The notes under the pieces were generated by a model, which saw only the letters and a program-made list of their open reading frames with translations, ran no database searches and had not been told where the DNA came from. Of a stretch of 64,000 nt of DNA, positions 41,301 through 49,626 are shown piece after piece. The translations under genes were made by a program, and so were the position numbers. Source of the DNA: Minisyncoccota bacterium (GTDB taxonomy: Bacteria; Patescibacteriota; Minisyncoccia; Phycocordibacterales; UBA2100); contig JARLIE010000218.1 in assembly GCA_031291875.1 (NCBI GenBank), forward strand, positions 4,979 to 68,978, written 5' to 3'. Each line of letters opens with the position of its first letter. The first letter of the stretch is position 1.

Positions 41301-43638
41301 TGCCACCTTGGCGGAAGATCAGAGAATCGACTGTTGGAACCTTGTTGCCATTTCCGGCCTGCTCGGGATCGAAGCGGTAGTAGTCCTCCCAAGTCGTGCC
41401 AGTGTGAACGAGATTGCCGTCAATGTAGATCTTTACGATGTCATTTCCTGCGCCGTCCACGAAGTCGATCGAAAACTTAATAGTGTGAGGCTGCGTGCGT
41501 GTCAGAGTCGCGATGTCGGTTTCGACAAATTCATTCGGTGTGCCGATAGAAGCCTGACCGCCCGGAACGTCATCGAAGAAGACGTGGATGCCATCCGTCT
41601 GGTCTTCGAAACGAAGATAACTCATGCGCGAACCAGAACCATTGTCAGGCGAAACCGAAAGCGCGAGTCCGCTTTGGACACTCGGCATCACCGACGCCAA
41701 ATCGAATTGGGCCTCGAAGTGATTCTGACGAGTGCCGCTCGAAGAGCCATTGCTGACCGCCGTGCTTTCTCCCGCCTGATTTGTAAGAGCCGGAGAGAAG
41801 GTCTGGTCGCCAAAGCCGCCGGAAGTTACCGCATTTGAGACGCGAAGTACTTTGCAGCCAAGCGTGGTGAATCCGTACGTGTTGTCAACGATCGCCTGGT
41901 CGTACGGACCGGTAGCACTCCAACCTTGCTGACCATTCACTGAGCCGTCGGTAAAGGTGTTGAAGGAACCCGCTCCGGAGCAGCTCGGGATTTGATACGG
42001 TTCGAATTCATACTTCGTCGCCGTTGATCCCGTGCCGATCGTGAAATCACTGATATCCGCCGTGTAACCGTTTGGGCCTGGTTCGCCAACACGAATACCC
42101 AGCCAGCCGTCGGCAGGAAGAACACGTGCATTCGGGTAATCAGCAAGAATTGAGGACCACGCGCGAGCTGTAGTTCCTGAGACGCCTGTCTTGCCGGCGT
42201 CAGGACCGACATCCGTGACCGGCCAAGTGCCGCCCGAGTATTCCCACTTCGCATTGCCGTTGTTGAGGGCGTCCCAAGTTTGCCACGTGTTCTGCGTAAC
42301 CGTGCCGTTGTCGTTCGGCTCGTACACCAAGCGTCTCTGCCACGTATTCGAACCATCAAAATCGACATTGAAGTTGAGGAACGGTACCTCCGTCGCGCTG
42401 ATACCGGCACCACTGTGCGAGTATTCACTGAAGGAAAGTGCGGTAATCGTATTGAGTGGTGTGCCAGCGAATTGGTACGTAGCAATATTCTTACGGTCGT
42501 TCGAAGAACCGAGCGAGAACTCAATACTGCCGCTGCCGTTCGGAGAGGTTGCAGGTCCGGAAACAAACGAACCGAGCGTGTTGTCGACCGTGTCATTCGT
42601 ATCGTTGTACATAAACCACTTATTTGCACCGTCCGCTGCGACAGTCGCAGGATTCGAAGAAGAATTGTCGAGATCACTAAAGTGAATGATGGCGACTGAG
42701 GTGTTGGTGACTGCTTGGAAGGTGACGCCGAAAGCTTGAGCTATCGGGCTAGCGGCATTGTAGTTCTGGTCGCCTGGATTACTCGCGTTCACCGTGCATG
42801 TGCCGACCGTGAAGAGGTGGATGGTGCTACCCGTGACTGAGCACGCCCCCGAAGCAGTAAAGATGTTCGAAGTCGTGGCGCTCTTGGTTACATAGGAATC
42901 GACACTAAAGTCAGGTATGCCGAGGGTTCGGTCAGGAAGCGTACCGAACGAGAACGTCTGATTCACCTTATTGATGGAGGCTGTTGCGGTCGCCTGAGGG
43001 GTGCCGAGAGTGTAGTTGGAAGCAGCGGATCCGCCGAGCGTAAGGCCGCTAACGTCGACAGTCTTGCCGGTGCCAGCATTAGAATCCGTAAAATTGCCGA
43101 CCGCACTGCCCGTGGAGAGGGTTACGTGATCGAAAAGAAGTACGCCATGCAGTTGTGCATGAGTTACGTCGATCGTCGCTACTGCGGTACCGTCATACGG
43201 TTTATCGCTCGCGGTGATACCTGTCACGCTCAGTGTTTTTTGCGTGACAGTGAGGTTGGCAGAACCGGTGTCGCCCACATATGCAGGGCTGCCAAAGCTA
43301 CCGAAAAATGCGCCTCCAATATAGTTGACGTGCACACCAACCTTAGTGAGTGACGTCAGCTGAACATTCTGAAGCGTGGCGACACCGTGTGAGTCAGTAT
43401 TCGCAGCTCCGAGAGGAAACCCGTTGAACGTGAAGAATACAGTCTTGTTCGCGACTGGTACTCCGCCCGGATTGGTCGTAAGGGTCGCCTGGAGTGTGAC
43501 CGAACCGCCGTAGGTCGCCGTTTCGGGAGCAACCGTGAGGGTCGTGTTAGTTGCTGCTAATGCAAACGCAGGTACGAACATGCTGAAAGCCGCAACAATT
43601 CCCGCTGCGAGGCCCGCAAGCACATGAGGAGTCTTCAT
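38302..43638 (-). CDS. giant (1778 aa) secreted multi-repeat surface protein with C-terminal type-I dockerin
   Basis: Signal peptide. MBG/YDG-like N-terminal repeats. About 5 tandem ~105-aa FN3-like repeats (FWWGTTPI...YYFVAW..GTWYPG). Cadherin/Ig-like module. (SN)8 linker. C-terminal DLNHDGKVDIFDLN...DFNNDGTVNLLDLN calcium-binding dockerin duplicated segment. Confidence 0.85.
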   Translation of the reverse strand: MKTPHVLAGLAAGIVAAFSMFVPAFALAATNTTLTVAPETATYGGSVTLQATLTTNPGGVPVANKTVFFTFNGFPLGAANTDSHGVATLQNVQLTSLTKVGVHVNYIGGAFFGSFGSPAYVGDTGSANLTVTQKTLSVTGITASDKPYDGTAVATIDVTHAQLHGVLLFDHVTLSTGSAVGNFTDSNAGTGKTVDVSGLTLGGSAASNYTLGTPQATATASINKVNQTFSFGTLPDRTLGIPDFSVDSYVTKSATTSNIFTASGACSVTGSTIHLFTVGTCTVNASNPGDQNYNAASPIAQAFGVTFQAVTNTSVAIIHFSDLDNSSSNPATVAADGANKWFMYNDTNDTVDNTLGSFVSGPATSPNGSGSIEFSLGSSNDRKNIATYQFAGTPLNTITALSFSEYSHSGAGISATEVPFLNFNVDFDGSNTWQRRLVYEPNDNGTVTQNTWQTWDALNNGNAKWEYSGGTWPVTDVGPDAGKTGVSGTTARAWSSILADYPNARVLPADGWLGIRVGEPGPNGYTADISDFTIGTGSTATKYEFEPYQIPSCSGAGSFNTFTDGSVNGQQGWSATGPYDQAIVDNTYGFTTLGCKVLRVSNAVTSGGFGDQTFSPALTNQAGESTAVSNGSSSGTRQNHFEAQFDLASVMPSVQSGLALSVSPDNGSGSRMSYLRFEDQTDGIHVFFDDVPGGQASIGTPNEFVETDIATLTRTQPHTIKFSIDFVDGAGNDIVKIYIDGNLVHTGTTWEDYYRFDPEQAGNGNKVPTVDSLIFRQGGSVSAAPSTAGKGFIISNVDLTSSTINGNIDVTAYTCPATTVVTRAQSGIGGTVPVGCTPEQGVHIGYVHGTQIDANSPYPELGQPFTLGGATDANGVLTLSVPASGRYLIAETDASGNQLPANAPLGLYCKGDGDTSGTNDNQELTFVPQNGDTQCVVFDPNNAKVITDPANPVNTVDATLNGTDGATAADNTSFWWGTTPITMSLVAGTDPGSTEFPASGWQHDSGLSNASANANFSESIKPLSPNTQYYFVAWVQIGGTWYPGSVETFTTSNGSVPTVTTDAATSVGSSSAIANGTVGSMNADNTSFWWGTTPISGTLSAGTDPGSSEFPASGWTHDSGLGATSAGGQFSKALSGLVSNTKYYFVAWIQSNGIWYPGSVDTFMTTSDATVTTDLASNVTPYDAQLNGTVGQSDASQVSFWISTTSPIDTSNPTNIPSGVVSTPVTNTVSANTPFSDQLSIATTHGIPSNLPTIQPNTTYYYVAWANVGGTWYPGAEQSFTTGNGPAVGIPGVTTNAATNLSSVDATLNATNGGVTADAESFWVSTSSIDFSNPNNIPTGVYSTPVLSAVGTSSPFSDQLSLVTTNGITTGGVNANMATITPSTTYYYVAWSHVNGQWYNGGQQTAVTSSAPPTVPTAVNDSATITMNQSATIDVLANDTGATSIDATKVSAPSNGSATVVGNEIKYTPNANYAGTDTFTYEAHNAVGDSAPATVTVTIKDTTTPVLTIVGNNPTYIGFSASYLDQGVTVTDTPTNGISYSLSFDGEATTSETAFNTANLLSTTTPGTHTILYAATDGGNNTGYATRTVIVEGPETVNLTSTSATTTTISDNPIHITATFSQPIRGFDTSDLTVGNGIVGNIQISAASTTVTFDVTPAANGAVTVTIPSGSVKDMAGETIASDAKITFTYAAQSNSNSNSNSNSNSNSNSGGSGGGNGPIGQSYSPYDLNHDGKVDIFDLNILFANWGKSGSNIPGDFNNDGTVNLLDLNNFLTHWII
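38510..38557. repeat. hexanucleotide microsatellite (GARTTN)8 encoding the (SN)n linker
   Basis: gaattt gaattg gagttg gaattg gaattc gagttc gaattc gagttg, read directly. Confidence 0.7.
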
Positions 43639-44032
43639 GATGCTAATTATGTATGAACCGACATTATTAAAATTTATCTATACCGACGCCCATAGACCCC
43701 GATAAAGATGAAAAATAAAAGTAACCCTCATCGGTGAAGATGAGAAGTAAAAGTTACGCTATAGAAGATGAGAGTCAAGTGAAATTGTGCGAGGTTTTTA
43801 GCCCCTAAAGGACAAATCGCGCTGTCCTTGAGGAAATGCAGATTTCAAGCTGTAAATCAGAGAGCAACTTTTATATCGCGAAGCACTCCATTTTTCGTTT
43901 CAACGCAAAATTTTCCGCTTTGCAACGGTTGCATGCAAAGAAAATAAAATTAAGGTCGATGCGGTATATATACCCTGAGTCTGCTCCCGCTACTTGACAA
44001 ACAAGTTTAAGTAATGTATTTTACTGCTCTCT

Positions 44033-44425
44033 ATGAAAACGTTTGCCCAAGCAGTGCAAAACAGACTTCCCCGCTTTGTTCGCGTGGCGATTGATCGCAT
44101 AAGCAGGGATGTTCGTACCCAACCGAGCAAACTACTCATTGCCAGCGTATCCGCGGTGGCAGCCCTCCTTGTATTCAATATAGAGGTCGCCCTCATCTGG
44201 TGGCTCTTCCTTTTGTTCCTCATGTATAAGTGGAATACCCGCATTATCGAGACTCTCGCAGGACTTGCACTCCTGGACGTGGTAGTTCTCTTCGGTATTG
44301 GTCGCCTCACCTGGGCGGTAAACTCACTGGTCTTCGCGTACTTCCTAATCGTCATGGCAGGTACGCTCCGTTTCGTCCCCTATTTGCGAGATTCACATTT
44401 TGGGAAACCAAAACAGTTTTCCTAA
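44033..44425 (+). CDS. hypothetical 3-4 TM membrane protein
   Basis: 130-aa ORF with hydrophobic helices. Preceded by a 390-bp AT-rich intergenic region. Confidence 0.45.
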   Translation: MKTFAQAVQNRLPRFVRVAIDRISRDVRTQPSKLLIASVSAVAALLVFNIEVALIWWLFLLFLMYKWNTRIIETLAGLALLDVVVLFGIGRLTWAVNSLVFAYFLIVMAGTLRFVPYLRDSHFGKPKQFS

Positions 44426-44458
44426 AAGAAAAAGGCGGCGCTTTGCGCCGCCTTTTTT
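44425..44458. terminator. bidirectional rho-independent terminator
   Basis: AAAAA-GGCGGCGC-tttg-CGCCGCC-TTTTTT. Confidence 0.55.
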
Positions 44459-46278
44459 CATCCGAACGTAAACGTATACGCCTGCAACCCGGGACTTTCA
44501 ACCGTGATTTGCAACATGTGGGTACTGTAATCCTCCCCTTGAACTATCTGGTAGAGCTTGTCCGCTTGCACGGTCATCTCCGAATTCTGATCGACATCCG
44601 GCCCACGCATTGATGCCGGGATCGGCGCACCATCGAGGGTAATTTTAAGCTTGACGGGCTCTCCCGTACCGGACGCGCCAACTAAGTACATGTTTTTGGC
44701 ATGGAATTCGTATTCAATCTGCGCGCCGGAGGCGCTGTTCTGAGCGTACTGCGGCTCGAAGTCCCACGCGCCGCCGAGATAGAGTGTGTCAGCTGAAATT
44801 CCAGATTGACTCGGGATTGTTAGTGTTTGTACGCCGGCCGCACCCTGCGCGCCATTACCAAGATATTCGTTGCGGTTTGAGCCGAAATACGTTTCCGGGC
44901 TACCCACCTGGCTGAAATCGATTGGAATGACATTGCTCGGTGTGCTTGAAGTGGAGGTAAAATCTGGCGCCGGCAAACCAAGACGCTTTGCTCGAATCGT
45001 CAACGCCTTCTGGATTTGTGCTTCGGTGCCGTCGTAATCCCCTTCCCCAGCATAGTTGTAAACAACATAGCCGTTATCGTCGATCAGGTAATCATTCGGC
45101 CAGTATTCGCTGCCGAAGGCATTCCAAGTGCCGTAATTATTATCGAGTACGACAGGATACGTAATTCCCAGCGATTGTGTCGCGTTGGCGACATTGGAAT
45201 ACACGTGCTCGAACGAGAATTCGGGCGTTGAAACTCCAATCACTACAAGACCGTACGCTGCGTATTTTTTATACCAGGCTTCGACGTATGGAATTGAGCG
45301 TTGGCAGTTGATGCACGAGTAGGTCCAGAAATCGACGAGCACAACATCGTGCTGTGCAACATACGAGGAGATCGTGACGGGTTGGTTGTTGGGTGTATTT
45401 ATGTAGCCATCGATCTTCGCGAGTTCGGGCGCTTTGGGGTATATCATCGCTTCCTCGCTCGCCGAAAGGACCATCGGCGAAGTCGACGTTGCGTTGCCGG
45501 TATGCAATGACGAAATCGCCTGGTGCGCTTGCGCGCCGGATGGACCGTTTCGCGCACCGAGCAAATATTCCTCGATGCCGGATAGGTCGAAGCCATGATT
45601 CAAAAGCCAAGCCTCCGTGCTTGCCTCCACGCCGGTCGCGACGGCGAGTCCTACCAAGACAAACAACACACCGATAGTCCGACGGAACCATCCCTGCGGG
45701 TTAATCGTAACGCCGAGCTTGTCGACAAGCCTTTGCCCGGCAATCGAGATAACCAGCAGAAATCCGGAAAGTCCGACGGCATACGCGAGCAGATCAAGGA
45801 AACCCATTGCGAAGCTTTGTGGCAAAACGGTCGCGAGAATAACAAAGTACGTAGGCGAACAACTCGAGAAGACCGGCCCGAGTGCCGCACCCATAAGCAT
45901 GTCGCCGATGCGCGAATTACGTCGATAGCCCTCGCCGAGCAATTTATTGGAGCTGCGGTTCATCACGTTGACGAATCCGAGTCGGTCCCATAGTTGCGGG
46001 AAAACCAATACGATTCCAAAGAGGATCAGAATGCCGCCGGAGAACCATTCCCAGAATGTTTGCGGAACATTGATGAATGCCGTCGAGGCCTTGAGAAGCA
46101 AGGTGAACGCAATCACCGAAACGCCCAGTGAGAGACAGATCGTATAGGTTCGCCAGGTATTCCCCTGAGCTATCGAACCGCCGACAATGACCGGTAACAG
46201 CGGTAACACGCACGGCGCGAGAACCGTGAGAATTCCCGCGACGAAGGAGATTAAGAAGAGAATCATGTTAGTGCGCAC
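44458..46278 (-). CDS. DipZ-like fusion: CcdA/DsbD transmembrane domain plus thioredoxin-like (TlpA/ResA) domain plus C-terminal beta domain
   Basis: N-terminal CcdA with two conserved Cys (LAPCVLPL, FSSCSPTY). Central redoxin with CxxC = CINC (VDFWTYSCINCQRSIPYV). About 170-aa C-terminal domain. Confidence 0.8.
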   Translation of the reverse strand: MRTNMILFLISFVAGILTVLAPCVLPLLPVIVGGSIAQGNTWRTYTICLSLGVSVIAFTLLLKASTAFINVPQTFWEWFSGGILILFGIVLVFPQLWDRLGFVNVMNRSSNKLLGEGYRRNSRIGDMLMGAALGPVFSSCSPTYFVILATVLPQSFAMGFLDLLAYAVGLSGFLLVISIAGQRLVDKLGVTINPQGWFRRTIGVLFVLVGLAVATGVEASTEAWLLNHGFDLSGIEEYLLGARNGPSGAQAHQAISSLHTGNATSTSPMVLSASEEAMIYPKAPELAKIDGYINTPNNQPVTISSYVAQHDVVLVDFWTYSCINCQRSIPYVEAWYKKYAAYGLVVIGVSTPEFSFEHVYSNVANATQSLGITYPVVLDNNYGTWNAFGSEYWPNDYLIDDNGYVVYNYAGEGDYDGTEAQIQKALTIRAKRLGLPAPDFTSTSSTPSNVIPIDFSQVGSPETYFGSNRNEYLGNGAQGAAGVQTLTIPSQSGISADTLYLGGAWDFEPQYAQNSASGAQIEYEFHAKNMYLVGASGTGEPVKLKITLDGAPIPASMRGPDVDQNSEMTVQADKLYQIVQGEDYSTHMLQITVESPGLQAYTFTFG

Positions 46279-46534
46279 CCATCGATCCGTGCATGTCGCT
46301 TCCGGTCGAACTACCCATCATGTCGTGCGAAGAAGAGGCCATCATGTCGTCGGTCGAAGACCCTTCCATCATATCGTGGCTGGATGAACTCGCCATCGCG
46401 TCAGTGGATGAAGCGTCGTTGGTCATCATTTGTTCGTGCATCATCCCGGCTGTTTGACCTTGTTGCTCCCCCACCCAATACGAACCTCCACCGACAATGA
46501 CGAGCGCGACTAAAAATCCAATGATCATGGGCAT
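46268..46534 (-). CDS. Met/His-rich small membrane-anchored protein (putative metal-binding)
   Basis: 88 aa. N-terminal TM. Extracytoplasmic tail with 14 Met and 6 His in HDMM/MMxxxM repeats. Overlaps dipZ start by 11 nt. Confidence 0.5.
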   Translation of the reverse strand: MPMIIGFLVALVIVGGGSYWVGEQQGQTAGMMHEQMMTNDASSTDAMASSSSHDMMEGSSTDDMMASSSHDMMGSSTGSDMHGSMGAH

Positions 46535-46623
46535 ATACTTTTTTGTATGAAACTTCTAATGAAGTAAGTATAGAAAGCACTTTATGAATGTCAAGTAGAC
46601 TTGACATTCATAGTGCACAACTT

Positions 46624-46989
46624 TTATCGGTAGTATGAGCCGAAAAGCCGAGCACTCGCCTTTGCGAGCACCATCCCAATGAGCGCCGCGACGAGCCACG
46701 GATCCAGAGAATGCGCGAGACTTTGCGAAACTATGGCGATGAGCAAGATGCCGCCGCCAACGAGAAAGGCCGTTCTACCCGCCATCATTTTGTGTGTTTC
46801 GTCGCGTTCATCGCCCGAGCGTTCGGCAACGACGAACACTGCATACGCGCCGCAGGCGACGATAGCAATGGCGAGCACCAGCATATGTGCGGAATCGGGC
46901 ATGGACATGCCAGTTGGATTAACGAGCAGAAATGCGACAACAATAAGAACTGCCGCAATGACGAGTTGTGCGATGGAATTATTTTTCAT
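46624..46989 (-). CDS. DUF2178-like 4-TM membrane protein
   Basis: 121 aa, 4 predicted helices. Downstream of, and overlapping, the XRE regulator. Confidence 0.5.
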   Translation of the reverse strand: MKNNSIAQLVIAAVLIVVAFLLVNPTGMSMPDSAHMLVLAIAIVACGAYAVFVVAERSGDERDETHKMMAGRTAFLVGGGILLIAIVSQSLAHSLDPWLVAALIGMVLAKASARLFGSYYR

Positions 46990-47191
46990 GGGCGATTTGG
47001 AAAATATCTCCTACCGGCTTCTTAAAGAAACGAGATAATTTGAGTGCAAGAAGGACCGAAGGCGTATAGCTTGCGCCCTCGATCGCAACGACGGTCTGCC
47101 GGCTGACGCCAATCTTTCCGGCAAGCTCCTCTTGCGTGAGTCCCAGGCCGATGCGGAGCGATTGCACTTTGTTGACGACATATTCCTGCAT
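46979..47191 (-). CDS. XRE-family HTH transcriptional regulator
   Basis: LGLTQEELAGKIGVSRQTVVAIEGASYTPSVLLALKLSRFFKKPVGDIF. Start trimmed to MQEYVV (ATG 47191). Confidence 0.8.
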   Translation of the reverse strand: MQEYVVNKVQSLRIGLGLTQEELAGKIGVSRQTVVAIEGASYTPSVLLALKLSRFFKKPVGDIFQIAHEK

Positions 47192-47588
47192 GGATATCGA
47201 GATGGTGCCACAGCGATGCACTAAGTCAAACGAGTGGTCGTTCATTGTACTCAGGTACGGAAAGTGCTAGAACTGTGCGGGAATAGCACGGGAGAATTCG
47301 ATGCCCCTTCACTCGACGAAATACCTTTGCTCGTCAGCACTCACCGGGATCGGCCTTGAAAACTTGCGAAAACGCGGCTGGATTTTCAAAATCGTTCCCG
47401 CAAGAAAGCCGCCGATCAAACGACTCCGACAGATCAATAAACGGGAACGATCGCATCGAGATCGTGGCACTGCGCAGGCAACGAGGGTCGTTGCGCGCAA
47501 CCGCTCGGGCGAGATTCCCGATTAACACGACCATTCCGATCCACTACCCTAACGACTGACGGTTTGTAGCGTACGTTCAACTTCTACC

Positions 47589-47619
47589 AAGGCCGCCTTC
47601 AAGCGGCCTTGTTTTATTT
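47589..47619 (+). terminator. rho-independent terminator-like hairpin (plus-strand orientation) overlapping the stop of the minus-strand ABC ATPase gene
   Basis: AAGGCCGC-cttcaa-GCGGCCTT-GTTTTATTT. Confidence 0.4.
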
Positions 47620-48330
47620 GAAGAATTCGCGGCGGATGCGCATGACTTCGCGGTGGAAATTGTCGCTTTCTCGTCGCGGATATGGAAGATCGACGGGAAA
47701 AATCGATCCGACTTCGCCGTCTTTCATCAGAATCACGCGATCCGCGAGGGAAACAGCCTCTTCGATAACATGCGAAACCATCACGATGGTCTTTTTCGTT
47801 TCGTGCCAAATCGCGATGATGTCGTCATGGAGCTCCGCCGTTGTTTTTGGATCAAGCGCCGAGAACGGCTCGTCCAGCAAGAGGACTTCAGGGTCGACAG
47901 CGAGTGCTCGTGCAATACCGACGCGCTGGCGCTGGCCACCGGAGAGATCAGCCGGATATTTTTGCTCGAACGCGTGCATGTTCATCGCGCGAAGATTCTT
48001 CTCGACGGTGCGCTGTAGCTCGCTCTCGCCGACGCCTTTTTGGCGCAAACCAAGCGCAACGTTTTCAAAAACAGTCAGCCACGGGAAAAGCGCTCCGAGC
48101 TGGAACGCCATTGCGACGTGTTGCGGTTTTCGCAACGTACCGCTCGTTTCCTTTTCCAAACCGGCGATCAGCTTGAGCACGGTCGTCTTGCCACATCCCG
48201 AAGCGCCGATCAAACAGACGAACTCTCCTTGCGCAATTGAAAAAGAAATATCTTTCAGCGCGGGCTTCGTTTCGCCCGGATAAAGCTTCGCAATATGGTC
48301 AAATTCGATAAGCGGCATACGGTTATTCAA
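47614..48330 (-). CDS. ABC transporter ATP-binding protein (NitT/TauT family)
   Basis: Walker A GASGCGKTT, LSGGQRQRVGIARAL, Walker B LLLDEPFSALD. Confidence 0.9.
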   Translation of the reverse strand: MNNRMPLIEFDHIAKLYPGETKPALKDISFSIAQGEFVCLIGASGCGKTTVLKLIAGLEKETSGTLRKPQHVAMAFQLGALFPWLTVFENVALGLRQKGVGESELQRTVEKNLRAMNMHAFEQKYPADLSGGQRQRVGIARALAVDPEVLLLDEPFSALDPKTTAELHDDIIAIWHETKKTIVMVSHVIEEAVSLADRVILMKDGEVGSIFPVDLPYPRRESDNFHREVMRIRREFFK

Positions 48331-49171
48331 AGCGGAATCGCTGCGCTAGGTGCAGCAGCTTTTGCCAGACAAAAAAATTAAAGAACGCGATAATCACGAC
48401 CATTACGAATACGGCGCTCAGGAACGTGGTGTTTTGCGCGTTCGCTGCGGCAGAGACCAGAATCGATCCTACGCCGAAGAGATCCTGTGCGCTCGTGCCG
48501 CCTGGGATGTAGGTATGCAAGACTTCCGCGACGATCGTAATGTTCCATCCCTGCGCAACCGCGAGAATCGATCCAGTAACGAACTGGGGTACGAGCGCGG
48601 GCAGGACCAGCCGCTGCAGGTACGACCACCCTCGCAAGCCGAAGATATGCGCTGCGTCGACAATATCGCGCGGAATAAGTTTTAAGCCCCCCACCAGGGT
48701 GAAGACCATATTCCATAACATCGAAAGGAAGAGGATAAATATCGCCGCTCCATTGAGATTCCCGAAGCGAACGAACAGCATGATGATGACCGGGAAAATC
48801 GCGAGAATAGGAATTGACTGCATGATGTCGAAAACCGGAAGAAGAATCTTTTCCATGATCGAGTTGTGCGTCACGAGTATTGCAAGCGGCACCGCGACAA
48901 CGACGGCACAGAAATACGCAACGACGAGCCGAAAGAGCGTGTAGAGCGCCGCCACGAATACTTCACTCAAGGGCATGCCGGAGCCTGTCGGCTCGAGAAT
49001 CGGGTAGAAGTAGAAAAGGAGCGCAAGGAGCGCGACGACGGCGAGCGGCCCTACTACGATGGAGTAGATGCGTTCGCGAAACGAAACGGGATACGTAAGC
49101 GCCATAAAATGGTGCGCGTGCCCGTGATGCTGATACTTCATGGTACTCCATTGTAACGCACGAAGGCGCAC
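48323..49171 (-). CDS. ABC transporter permease (NitT/TauT family, BPD_transp_1)
   Basis: 6 TM. Overlaps the ATPase by 8 nt. No substrate-binding protein gene adjacent. Confidence 0.85.
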   Translation of the reverse strand: MRLRALQWSTMKYQHHGHAHHFMALTYPVSFRERIYSIVVGPLAVVALLALLFYFYPILEPTGSGMPLSEVFVAALYTLFRLVVAYFCAVVVAVPLAILVTHNSIMEKILLPVFDIMQSIPILAIFPVIIMLFVRFGNLNGAAIFILFLSMLWNMVFTLVGGLKLIPRDIVDAAHIFGLRGWSYLQRLVLPALVPQFVTGSILAVAQGWNITIVAEVLHTYIPGGTSAQDLFGVGSILVSAAANAQNTTFLSAVFVMVVIIAFFNFFVWQKLLHLAQRFRFE

Positions 49172-49233
49172 AGTTGCGGATTTCTTATTTTATCTGCATA
49201 ATCCACACGGCTACCCTGGCACAGGAGAATCCG

Positions 49234-49566
49234 ATGACTTTGAATTTGCAAGCTTGCGAGCGAGAGAATCTTGGCTACAAGGCTCCGGGACTCAACGACT
49301 TCCAGATGAGGATCTCGGCTCACTTCAAACCGGACGAAGCAGCTGATCCGAGAGAGCGGCACAAGGTCAATGAAGCCCTCGGGAGCTGGATTCTTTCCCT
49401 GGCCCGTTCGAAAGGCGGCGGTTTCGACGAAGCCCTGCACGACGCCCTTGTCGAGCAAGGCACGCTCGTTTTGGCCGACAACTACGAGCGCAAGACGAGC
49501 CCGATGAACGTCTGCATCGAACTGCAGCAGACATTCGAGTCGACCATGGCTCTGTACACCATCTGA
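49234..49566 (+). CDS. hypothetical protein
   Basis: 110 aa from ATG 49234, preceded by CAGGAGAA Shine-Dalgarno. The longer ORF-track start (49174) lacks an RBS. Confidence 0.35.
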   Translation: MTLNLQACERENLGYKAPGLNDFQMRISAHFKPDEAADPRERHKVNEALGSWILSLARSKGGGFDEALHDALVEQGTLVLADNYERKTSPMNVCIELQQTFESTMALYTI

Positions 49567-49626
49567 ATATCCTCGATCGAGGCCGTCACACGACGGCCTC
49601 TTTCTTTTTCACGGTATACTTTTCGC

